Shown here: in pieces, positions 1 through 8,461 of the stretch
How the letters are laid out: each line of letters begins with the position of its first letter
How positions within the stretch are numbered: the first letter of the stretch is position 1
Assembly: GCA_038248285.1 (NCBI GenBank)
Contig: JBBRTY010000001.1
Span: 5,766 to 69,765 of the forward strand
DNA length: 64,000 nucleotides
Direction of reading: 5' to 3'
From: Aggregatilineales bacterium
GTDB lineage: Bacteria > Chloroflexota > Anaerolineae > Aggregatilineales > Phototrophicaceae
The notes under the pieces: model-generated
What the model was told of the DNA's origin: nothing
Databases searched by the model: none
What the model saw: the letters and a program-made list of their open reading frames with translations, nothing else
Translations under genes and position numbers: made by a program

Positions 1-2543
1 TAAATCGAAACATGTCCCCCTGTCGTCGCCACTGCCAACCGTGACCGATCCGGGCTTAACACCGCATTCGCTGGCGTAAAACCAAATTGACTCCGAAATT
101 CTTGGAGAACCAGTTCCAGATTCGGGCGCACTTCACCATCGAAGCGGACGGGCAAATTCGGGATACGCACCCGTGCGCCGTTCTCGCGGTTGATGGCATA
201 AATCACGCGACCATCCGGCGCACTCGCTTGACTCACCTGTTGCACCGAAACCGCATTGCCCACATTACTGACAGACCCCAAGCCCTCACACAGCAGAGAC
301 GCAAGGTTCTCGGTTTGTTCCTCAGTTAGCCCCAATGTCAAACGCCGCCAATCACGCGCAAACGCTAACGCTTGATCGGAATACCGTTCGGTTAAACATG
401 AAGGAACACCCGTGATTCGAGAAACCGAATTTGCAGCCTGTGGGATCGATGTCGGTCTCGGCGTCGGCGTATACAACTGCTCAACTGCCTCGGCAGACTC
501 GGCTTGGCAAACCGCCAATGCCAAGCGCGCCAAATCATCAGCGGGTTGATAATATGCCAACCGTTCCCATAACTGTGTCCAATCGTCTACTTGTGCCGGG
601 TATCGCTCCACAAGGCACTGGGGCACGCCCGATGGCGCATATGCCACCCCCACGACTCGATCTGGCACTGCACCGCCGCCATCCCCCACCGCATAGATGG
701 TCTCGGCATCCAACCAGCCGACATCACTTAAAAAGCCACTGCTTGACGGCAAGTCGGTGCCCGCCATATACCAGCGCAACCCTACGCCGACGGTATATAA
801 AGCAATTGCGCCACCGGGGGCATGTTGCGTGCCGGGTAAGGCGCTATACGTAACGATAAAATGTTCCCAATCGGCGCTAGGGATAAAATTCTGCAACGTC
901 ATATCGCTAGGGATGTCGAAATACAGACGCCGCCGTTCATCCTTGCCAATCTCGTATAACTCAACTCCCCGTACTGACTCGGTACTGACATCTAGCAAGA
1001 AACGGGTCGCATCGTCAGACACCGCGATGACCGGTCCCGAAAAGTCCAAGACCTCACGGCGAATCACTTGATCGGTTTCGATATCCCACACCCACCAATT
1101 ATTCCCCGAAACCGTCACCAGCCCGCGACTGTCGGGCGTGAAATAGGTACCGACACCCCCAAAGGTATTGCTGCTATAACCGGGGTTATAATCGAGGCGC
1201 TCATAAATAACCGCACCCGAATCGGCATCATACCGTTGATACCCGGCGACTAGTGCCTCTGCCGTTTCATTAAAGGCGAATAAATCATCCCCCTCGGCAT
1301 CTGTGAGCGTGGTGTCAAAACTCAAAATCGGCAGCCCACTATCGAAGTTATAAATCGTAACCGGCGAGGATTCGCCCATCTGTCGCAATGCCACCCGCCG
1401 CCCTTCGGCATCAATCGCCATCGGTGCCCCATTGCCCGGACGCACAAATTCGATAGTGCCCTGTCCCAATTCCTCATCAAACACATAAATGAGCAAGCCA
1501 ATATCATCGGCAAGCGCGGTTTTGGGGGTCAAAACATCCAGCAAGAAGATACTGAGCGGATGATAATTCCAATCGGCGCGATAATCGTAGCCAAACCATG
1601 CCACCAGCAAAGGATTGAGTTCTCGGCTCAGCGGTTCGCCGATCATGCGGGCATTGCCCCCCAACGGAAATTCGTCAAAATTCCGGAGCGAACGGGCACC
1701 CAACATCCGCCCCAAGGGAATTTCAAATAAGCGCTTGGTACTCGTATCGACCTGCATGATGGTGCCGGTATCGTTTTTGAAGACATACATCAACCCTGCC
1801 GAGTCGCTGAACCACAAAGTCACTGGGTCTTCCTCAAAACGATTGGTCTCAAACTCCGCCACGACGGGCAAGCCCGCCCCATTCACATCGATCACCTCAA
1901 ATTTTCCCGGTCGTGCCGCCAATAAGGTGTTGTTGGGACCAAGATACATGAAGCCCGTGCGATAGTCGAAGAAGGCGTAAGCGCTCACCCTGCCGGGCAA
2001 CCGTGAATCCGCAAGATCGCGCGCGGCATCCAAATCCCATAGCCACGGCAATAAGTCGGTATCATTTTCACTTCGGCGGGTTGCCTGCGACGCCGCCACC
2101 ACTGCGGTGAATAACAAATAACTGTCGTCGTCCGAAAACATCAGCGGACCCGTCACGCTGTTGGCACCGTCCGGTTCTATCGTCAACGACAAAACACCGG
2201 TTTGTGTGTCCCAAATCTCTAGCCGCCGATCAATCGCCAGCGCCAGCCACTGTCCATCATGACTAAAGTTGTAAGCGTTATATGTCCCAGTCTCATAGAG
2301 GACGCTGCGGGTGGTATACGTCGCTGCATCCACTAAAAGCAAGCGCCCGCCATTGGTCACAAGGGCAAATTGATCATAAAGAGGTTCATAACGGATATTG
2401 ACCGGCGCTGATGCCCCCAACTGTCGATAAAAGGTAAAACTCTCTACGATTGGGGTTTGCCCCAACACAGCGCTGGCGAACAGCGCCCCGCCCATCAGCG
2501 CCAGCACACTCAATAGCCATAATTGCACGCCTGTACGCCTCAC
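1..2543 (-). CDS. Secreted beta-propeller (WD40-like) repeat protein; 3' end lies outside the window
   Basis: Absent from the supplied ORF track because it has no stop in the window. Reading the reverse complement from GTG (2543..2541), preceded by GGAGGGGAG (rc of 2547-2555), the frame stays open to position 1. The N-terminus VRRTGVQLWLLSVLALMGGALFASAVLGQ looks like a signal peptide. Blocks such as SHDGQWLALAIDRRLEIWDTQTG, TPDSRGLVTVSGNNWWVWDIETDQV and SPDRSRLAVATTGGHVSI resemble propeller blades. Confidence 0.6.
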   Translation of the reverse strand, partial: MRRTGVQLWLLSVLALMGGALFASAVLGQTPIVESFTFYRQLGASAPVNIRYEPLYDQFALVTNGGRLLLVDAATYTTRSVLYETGTYNAYNFSHDGQWLALAIDRRLEIWDTQTGVLSLTIEPDGANSVTGPLMFSDDDSYLLFTAVVAASQATRRSENDTDLLPWLWDLDAARDLADSRLPGRVSAYAFFDYRTGFMYLGPNNTLLAARPGKFEVIDVNGAGLPVVAEFETNRFEEDPVTLWFSDSAGLMYVFKNDTGTIMQVDTSTKRLFEIPLGRMLGARSLRNFDEFPLGGNARMIGEPLSRELNPLLVAWFGYDYRADWNYHPLSIFLLDVLTPKTALADDIGLLIYVFDEELGQGTIEFVRPGNGAPMAIDAEGRRVALRQMGESSPVTIYNFDSGLPILSFDTTLTDAEGDDLFAFNETAEALVAGYQRYDADSGAVIYERLDYNPGYSSNTFGGVGTYFTPDSRGLVTVSGNNWWVWDIETDQVIRREVLDFSGPVIAVSDDATRFLLDVSTESVRGVELYEIGKDERRRLYFDIPSDMTLQNFIPSADWEHFIVTYSALPGTQHAPGGAIALYTVGVGLRWYMAGTDLPSSSGFLSDVGWLDAETIYAVGDGGGAVPDRVVGVAYAPSGVPQCLVERYPAQVDDWTQLWERLAYYQPADDLARLALAVCQAESAEAVEQLYTPTPRPTSIPQAANSVSRITGVPSCLTERYSDQALAFARDWRRLTLGLTEEQTENLASLLCEGLGSVSNVGNAVSVQQVSQASAPDGRVIYAINRENGARVRIPNLPVRFDGEVRPNLELVLQEFRSQFGFTPANAVLSPDRSRLAVATTGGHVSI

Positions 2544-2845
2544 GACTCCCCTCCTTTGCGCATCATTTTCGATAACGATTCAGAATCATTCAATAACTCC
2601 TTATGACACGTTGGCTTACACCCTGAGTATATGTCAGAACACATGACAATAGAGATCAACGACTACCCCACGACTACACGCCGTCCGCCCCACTACCCTA
2701 CATTGCCCTCTGTAGAGTGCTGCTATAGTGTACATAAGGTTATGCAGCTTCATTTATTTTTCTGTCGGCAGCGGGGCAATTTTGCGCCGCAATTTTTGGC
2801 GGCACAGCTTAAAAAGGGTCTATTTTCAGGGGAGCGCAACAAATT

Positions 2846-4525
2846 ATGAGGACAATGCTCAAGCGTGTATTCATCATACTGGGCGTCATGACGATCATCG
2901 GCGTACAAATAGCATCGGCACAAGGGAATGACTCCTGCCAAACGGGAGTCTTGCTATCTTTCGCGCGGACGGCTTCCGCCTGTGCGACTACCGCTTTAGA
3001 TGAAGCCTGTTTTGGCAGTGGGCAAATCAGTGGCATCACGTTCGACGGCGAAAACGCTTTCACGCAACCGGGCGAACAGTTCTCAGTAATGAACCTCCAA
3101 AATATCATCACCACCTCTAGTGACGAGACATGGAGTGTCGCTACTATCTCCTTACGCGCGTCTTTGGATCGCTCGGTGCGTCCTGCCATTACCTTCTTGG
3201 TCTTCGGAAATACTCAACTGACCAATGGCGTCCCGCCCATGCCCGAAATCACCGTGACGACTTCCGGTTCCGCCAATCTTCGCATCGACCCGCAAGAAAA
3301 TAGCGCTATCCTCGCCCAAGTTGGCGTCAATACCACGCTCATCGCCAATGGACGCACGGCAGATCAAGCATGGCTCCGTGTGTTCATCCCCAACATGAAC
3401 GCCATTGGGTGGGTCTCTCGTCAAGCGCTGAGCAATGCCGACCTCACCCCATTGGTGACTATTGACGGTACGCCCTATCTGCACCCGTTCCAAGTCCTCA
3501 ATTTTAGTGCCGATCCCAATACCCCCGCCTGTGATAGCACGCCTCCAAGCGGCATGATCATCCAAACACCCGATGTCACCACGCTGATCACCCTGCGTTT
3601 CCAACCCGATACCACGTTACAGCTAAGCGGCACCGCCTTCATTCAACAGGAAATTCAGGGCGGGTTGACGATTCAAGTTGTGGATGGGGTCGCCACCTTG
3701 CAAAGCGCCAACGCCGATGATCCCGTTCTCGTCCCCGCCGGCGCACGCGCCTCCTTCAATATCCAAACCAATGCCAGTAGCGCCACTTCTATCACTGCCG
3801 CCGAGCCATATACGCTGGAACAAGTGCGCACCCTGCCGATCAATAATCTCCCCTTCCGTTTGCGAGCATTGCCAGAACCCTTGACCTCAGCGGGCATCGC
3901 CGCCTTTATCGCAGATTCCCAACGCGCCCAAAATCCGCCTACTCCCGCCCCTGCCACCCCCGACACCACTTGCCGCCGCGTCGTGACCAGTGATAGTGAT
4001 TTGCGCGCCGGGGCGGGCACATTTTATGAGATCGTCGGTTCCATCCGCAGGGATACTCTTGTCCGCCCCATCATCCGCGCAACCGACCCTGATGGCGTCG
4101 ATTGGTGGCAAGTCGAAGGCAATCGCTGGGTACGCGCATCCGTTGTTGCCGAAACCGGTATCTGCCGCCCTGTGCCAGTTGTCAATAATGCCCCAGCGCC
4201 CACCACCAACACCCTCATCTTGGAAACCTGTTACCCGACCAATGGTCCCCTACGCCCCGGTCAACAAGTCACCTTGGAATTCACCCCGCCATCATGGGAG
4301 ACACGCGCCCAAGCAGAGAACGCCCCCCAAATTGACCCCGGTCGTATCCGCGTAGGATCGACTCGCTTACAGGTCAGGGCAGGGGATGTCCAGCAATTGA
4401 CCGCGAGCGCCTATGTCCGCACCTTTCGGGCAACATGGGCGGCAGAAGTCGGCAACCAAAGAATCACCGGATTTCGTTTAGGCTATACTGTGATTTGTGA
4501 TCTCACCATCGCTGCCGGGGGGTGA
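2846..4525 (+). CDS. Secreted protein with two SH3b-like domains
   Basis: 559-aa ORF with a signal-peptide-like N-terminus MRTMLKRVFIILGVMTIIGVQIASAQG. Two segments resemble bacterial SH3 domains: ANLRIDPQENSAILAQVGVNTTLIANGRTADQAWLRVF..GWVSRQAL and SDLRAGAGTFYEIVGSIRRDTLVRPIIRATDPDGVDWWQVEGNRWVRASVV. A GGGGAG lies about 12 nt upstream of the ATG. Confidence 0.6.
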   Translation: MRTMLKRVFIILGVMTIIGVQIASAQGNDSCQTGVLLSFARTASACATTALDEACFGSGQISGITFDGENAFTQPGEQFSVMNLQNIITTSSDETWSVATISLRASLDRSVRPAITFLVFGNTQLTNGVPPMPEITVTTSGSANLRIDPQENSAILAQVGVNTTLIANGRTADQAWLRVFIPNMNAIGWVSRQALSNADLTPLVTIDGTPYLHPFQVLNFSADPNTPACDSTPPSGMIIQTPDVTTLITLRFQPDTTLQLSGTAFIQQEIQGGLTIQVVDGVATLQSANADDPVLVPAGARASFNIQTNASSATSITAAEPYTLEQVRTLPINNLPFRLRALPEPLTSAGIAAFIADSQRAQNPPTPAPATPDTTCRRVVTSDSDLRAGAGTFYEIVGSIRRDTLVRPIIRATDPDGVDWWQVEGNRWVRASVVAETGICRPVPVVNNAPAPTTNTLILETCYPTNGPLRPGQQVTLEFTPPSWETRAQAENAPQIDPGRIRVGSTRLQVRAGDVQQLTASAYVRTFRATWAAEVGNQRITGFRLGYTVICDLTIAAGG

Positions 4526-4656
4526 TGTCACCAAAACCTTCGGACGATGCGATGCTTCACTATCGCCCCCATTGTGCGAGGGTTTTGATCTACCCAAAGC
4601 GAGCTTTTCATTTATGATTATCACGATATAACATCATCCTATCGGGACAAGAACGA

Positions 4657-4935
4657 ATGATTCACCTGAACTCGACCGTTATAGCCACTAATCAGCAACT
4701 TTCGACGGACATGGCAGACGAAACCGTCATCTTAAATATGCAAGACGGTATCTACTATGGATTAGATGAGGTAGGCACATTTATCTGGCAAAACATCCAA
4801 TCCCCGATCTCGGTGACGACCCTGATCCAGCTTTTGCTAGAAGCGTATGCCGTTGATAAAGCTACAGCCGAGCGGGATATCATGAGACTCTTGAACGATC
4901 TTCAGCAAAAACATCTCGTTAACACTATCACTTAA
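4657..4935 (+). CDS. PqqD-family RiPP recognition element (lasso B1-like peptide chaperone)
   Basis: 92 aa. The segment ETVILNMQDGIYYGLDEVGTFIWQNIQSPISVTTLIQLLLEAYAVDKATAERDIMRLLNDLQQKHLV matches the PqqD/RRE pattern (beta-strands followed by a winged-helix part, xxLNxxGxxIWxxl...t..el...l...y.v....a..D...fl..L). It lies immediately upstream of a peptide gene and next to a cyclase-like gene. Confidence 0.8.
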   Translation: MIHLNSTVIATNQQLSTDMADETVILNMQDGIYYGLDEVGTFIWQNIQSPISVTTLIQLLLEAYAVDKATAERDIMRLLNDLQQKHLVNTIT

Positions 4936-5021
4936 AATAGGTTTCACAGATTTTTTATCGAAGTTTAAGGGGAAACCGCATATGCGAAGTAATGAATTTT
5001 GTGAAGGTTTTCTAAAATACC

Positions 5022-5050
5022 GTGACAAAATTCAGGAATGCTAGTATACT
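5022..5050 (+). promoter_or_regulatory. Sigma-70-like promoter for the precursor peptide gene
   Basis: GTGACA (5022-5027), a 17-nt spacer, then TATACT (5045-5050). This is about 65 nt upstream of the ATG at 5115, which itself has a GGAGG 9 nt upstream. Confidence 0.35.
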
Positions 5051-5114
5051 GTCACAAGTGAGCTATCGCGCATGAATTTAACGTGTCGAATGACAATACT
5101 GGAGGATATGACAC

Positions 5115-5432
5115 ATGCAACAAATTGCACAGAAACTCTATGTTTCTCCCAATCTGACCACCTATGGTCGTTTGGAAAACCTGACGTTGATTTGGGACAA
5201 CCCCACCGCGGTGGATAATAACTGCCCTGGGGCTGTCGGCAGCGAAAACCTGAACTCCGGCGCATTTTGCCTATCGGGTAATAGTAATAATGGGGTCGTT
5301 ACACAAGGAACCGGTACCCAAGCAGGTGCAGCCGATACCAGTAGCGCTGGTAGCTCTTCGGTTGGCGAAATCGTCATCCCGCAAATTGTCTTGCCAGAAC
5401 TACCGGCTCAAGAACTTCTGGGCGGCGGCTAG
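5115..5432 (+). CDS. Candidate lasso-type RiPP precursor peptide (25-aa leader plus unusually long 80-aa core/follower)
   Basis: Strong SD (GGAGG, 9-nt spacing). Residues 9-25, YVSPNLTTYGRLENLTL, fit the lasso leader motif Y-x-x-P-x-L-x3-G-x5-T-x with Thr at -2. Next comes IWDNPTAVD, with Asp at core position 9 that could close a 9-residue macrolactam. The remainder is rich in G/S/N/T, has 2 Cys and a Ser-rich patch. Confidence 0.6.
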   Translation: MQQIAQKLYVSPNLTTYGRLENLTLIWDNPTAVDNNCPGAVGSENLNSGAFCLSGNSNNGVVTQGTGTQAGAADTSSAGSSSVGEIVIPQIVLPELPAQELLGGG

Positions 5433-5510
5433 GATTTAATAGTTCCAGCTAACTTACCGTCTGGGACGATACACTTTTTTGAGTTCGTCATTATCCTCCG
5501 GCAAAGACAT

Positions 5511-6485
5511 TTAGCTGTGTCGCATGGCAATCATGTGGCACAGCTTTTTTAGAGTATTGTGCCCTTGTTCTGAAATCAAACTGTACGCGGGAATATGCTT
5601 CACCAGCATACTGATGTCCTGAAATGCGACGGCATCGTTGTAAATAGTTGTGATATGACGGGTATAGACCTCACGCAACAATTTAAACAGGGCATCGCGT
5701 TCGGACATTGGCGTAATCACTATCGCATCGCTCCGCCCCTCTAAGAAATAGATTGCTGCCAATGGCAGTCCCAACGGACTGGCTTGGGCAGTTTTCCACT
5801 CCACAGCGTACTCCCGTTTATCAGCACGATGAGGCGAAACTTCATAAGGCACCATCTCCCCATATAAGGCTTGCGCTGCATCCGCCAACAAGCGAATACG
5901 TGGGGAACCGGGCGGGATCATCACACCCGTATCTGTGAACGTCAAGACGCATAAATCATCCGATAAAATCGGGTACCCCAATTGATCAAAGGCAGCCGCC
6001 AGCGTCGATTTCCCCGATCCGCTTGCCCCCACAAAAGCGACTGCTTGCCCCTCAATCGCAATCACGCTGGCGTGCAATGGGGTGATTCCGCGCAATCGCA
6101 ACACAATCCCCATCATCGGTCCCATCACATTAAATGCCCGCAACGGTTCATCAATGCTGGTCGACCATGACACCCACACGCGCGAACCATCCAACGCAAA
6201 AACGACTGTAATTTGACCTTCATAAGTCAATTCTAAATAGCCACCATCGCGCCATTCACGCAAATATTGCTGCGCAGCATTCGCTGGGGCATCTTCGGTA
6301 ACACGAAACTGGTGGGGGGCAACCCATTCTAGCGAGTCTGCCGCCAATTCAACCGGGATCGCCCCCGAATAAATAGTCACATCAGCCCGCTCACGAATGA
6401 CCGTATGGGTCAATCCGTAAATCGGCGCATTAATCTCAATTTGCAACCCATATAACACATAATCATACCAATCAGGCATGTTCAC
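5511..6485 (-). CDS. HPr-kinase-like P-loop kinase (lasso/RiPP tailoring kinase candidate)
   Basis: 324 aa with Walker A FVGASGSGKSTLAAAF followed by ILSDDLCVL, as in the C-terminal domain of HPr kinase/phosphorylase-related proteins. Sits 21 nt downstream of the cyclase-like gene on the same strand. Confidence 0.7.
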   Translation of the reverse strand: MNMPDWYDYVLYGLQIEINAPIYGLTHTVIRERADVTIYSGAIPVELAADSLEWVAPHQFRVTEDAPANAAQQYLREWRDGGYLELTYEGQITVVFALDGSRVWVSWSTSIDEPLRAFNVMGPMMGIVLRLRGITPLHASVIAIEGQAVAFVGASGSGKSTLAAAFDQLGYPILSDDLCVLTFTDTGVMIPPGSPRIRLLADAAQALYGEMVPYEVSPHRADKREYAVEWKTAQASPLGLPLAAIYFLEGRSDAIVITPMSERDALFKLLREVYTRHITTIYNDAVAFQDISMLVKHIPAYSLISEQGHNTLKKLCHMIAMRHS

Positions 6486-6506
6486 GTCCCTTTAAGCGCA
6501 ATGGCT

Positions 6507-8360
6507 TTAGGTAGATTTCTGATGAAATACTTCCGTCTCAAGCCATAATTCCAATGTCAGCGGGCGCAAATGGACAGCTTGTGAGGCATCAATTTGGGCA
6601 TGAGTTCCAGTCACAGGGGGCACCTTGTCCCGCACAACATACTGCTGCATGAACGCCATTGGTTGCCACGCATCAATCCATTGATTTTCGGGTTTTGCCA
6701 ACAGATACCCTGTGACATCGCCAAATATTTGTTTAGGTCGATGCACCACCGAGTCCGGCAGTATCCCGCTCATCGCCCGTCGCCCCAAATATTTCTTATA
6801 AAACCACGGCAAGGTGGGTAAGCTGGTCAGTAAATCGATGACGCGCAAATCGGCAAACGGATCGACCGTATCGACAGGGGTAAAATCGATGGCATCGCTT
6901 TCATCATGGGCATGAAAATCATAACCGGTATATAACTTTTGCAAATGAGCATTCAACATCAACGGGTTGGTTTTGTTTTTTTCTGCCCAATACCCCTGCC
7001 AGCGCTCCACCAATCCCTGCCGTTGGGCAAAGTCCGGCGCGATCCATGCTGGAAAAGGATAAGTTATTGACTCCGATCTCGCCACGCCACCGCGTGCCGA
7101 CGAAAAAATCCCCGACCCCAACGCCGGTCGTTTACCAAAAAATCGCCCTAACTCGGCATACATCTGGGCGAAGGCGATGGGATTCATCTGTCGGAGCGCC
7201 TGAGCAAGGGGCGCACGACTGGAGAGCGCATCGCCCAAATAGCCAAAAATCGCAACCTTACCGTGTGACGCCATAAAGCGTTGAAAATCCACCCAATTGC
7301 TCGGGGAGAAATTGGAGTGAATCGCATTGGCAATACCGGCATAAGGACGGAAAAACGGCGTTTGTTTCACCTCATAAAACACATGACGATCCTCAAATTG
7401 AAGTTTCGCGGCAATTTCGCGCGCATAGGCTTCTTCAGGATCAATAATCCCGCTGAAAACACTCGTCATCGCGACAGTTTGCGCGCTTACCTCGCCCGTA
7501 CTCACCAAATCAAACGCCAGCGCCGCCGTAGATGAGGAATCCATGCCCCCACTTACGGTGACGAGGACACGATCCGCCCCCATGCGATCTTTAACCGCTT
7601 CTCGCAGCGTGCTGCGATACTGCTCAATAATTTCACCCTCGCGCCGCACCCCCAAAGACAGCCACGCGCGTGCCGAAATATCCTTCATCGGCAACGTCCA
7701 ATAGCGCCGTACACGGTACCCATCGGGCGTCCATGTCAAGGTGTGGGCAGGTTCTAAACGCCGTATATGAAGGAAGGGCGTACTGCTCTTGTCGATCCAA
7801 AACCCTTCCCCTAGCATCAAAAAATCGCCGATATAGCGTTCATCCAAGGTGTCAGCGCTATGGGGGATCATTTTTAGCGGACGAAGTTCATTGCTGAAAG
7901 CAAATACCCCGCCCGCTTGGGTATAATAAAAATCGCGCTTGCCGATTTGATCGCGGGCACAAAACAAAGTTTTGACACGTGCGTCCCAAATGGCAAACGC
8001 AAAGTCGCCGATCAAATGATCGACACACGCCTGACCATAGCGCAAATAGGCGCGCAGAATCAACTCGGCATCTGGTAGCCGTTGATCTGTTTGAAGTTTG
8101 CTGCCTAGCTCCGCCCGCCCGTCAATCCGCGCATCACACACAATCGTGCAATCCGACAAAGTTAACGGTTGACGATGCGGCGCTGGTGCTACGGTCAAAT
8201 TGGCGAGCAAATTGAGCGTGTGAACCAAGCCGACATCAGCATCCTCAAACAATCCTTGACCATCACGCCCGCGATGCGCCAATGCTGTTTGCATCTGATC
8301 AAGCCATGCCCGCCGCGTCGTCACATCATGAAACTGGGTGATACCTGCGAATCCACTCAT
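6507..8360 (-). CDS. Asparagine-synthetase-like protein, probable lasso-peptide macrolactam cyclase (C protein)
   Basis: 617 aa with the PP-loop motif VTVSGGMDSSSTAALA (SGGxDS). The N-terminus MSGFAG has Ser where glutamine-hydrolysing AsnB enzymes have the catalytic Cys2. Size and context fit a lasso cyclase. Confidence 0.75.
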   Translation of the reverse strand: MSGFAGITQFHDVTTRRAWLDQMQTALAHRGRDGQGLFEDADVGLVHTLNLLANLTVAPAPHRQPLTLSDCTIVCDARIDGRAELGSKLQTDQRLPDAELILRAYLRYGQACVDHLIGDFAFAIWDARVKTLFCARDQIGKRDFYYTQAGGVFAFSNELRPLKMIPHSADTLDERYIGDFLMLGEGFWIDKSSTPFLHIRRLEPAHTLTWTPDGYRVRRYWTLPMKDISARAWLSLGVRREGEIIEQYRSTLREAVKDRMGADRVLVTVSGGMDSSSTAALAFDLVSTGEVSAQTVAMTSVFSGIIDPEEAYAREIAAKLQFEDRHVFYEVKQTPFFRPYAGIANAIHSNFSPSNWVDFQRFMASHGKVAIFGYLGDALSSRAPLAQALRQMNPIAFAQMYAELGRFFGKRPALGSGIFSSARGGVARSESITYPFPAWIAPDFAQRQGLVERWQGYWAEKNKTNPLMLNAHLQKLYTGYDFHAHDESDAIDFTPVDTVDPFADLRVIDLLTSLPTLPWFYKKYLGRRAMSGILPDSVVHRPKQIFGDVTGYLLAKPENQWIDAWQPMAFMQQYVVRDKVPPVTGTHAQIDASQAVHLRPLTLELWLETEVFHQKST

Positions 8361-8461
8361 ATTCTAAATTATTGCGCATTTGGGCATATAACGCCTATAG
8401 GCAATATTGACCTCAACGATTACAATATCAACTGAAATGTCTGAATAGGAGTAAGCGCCCA

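Noticed and set aside
4525-4617. 30-codon ORF (MSPKPSDDAMLHYRPHCARVLIYPKRAFHL) overlapping the stop of the SH3b gene (TGATG), considered as a second RiPP precursor.
   Set aside because: It has no leader-like motif and no Asp/Glu acceptor pattern. Its composition is unremarkable, and it cannot be distinguished from a chance ORF without comparative data.
5108-5218. Alternative 36-codon frame starting at ATG 5108 (MTHATNCTETLCFSQSDHLW...) as the precursor peptide.
   Set aside because: The GGAGG is only 2 nt from this ATG but 9 nt from the ATG at 5115. Only the 5115 frame carries the YxxPxLxxxGxxxxxTx lasso leader motif.
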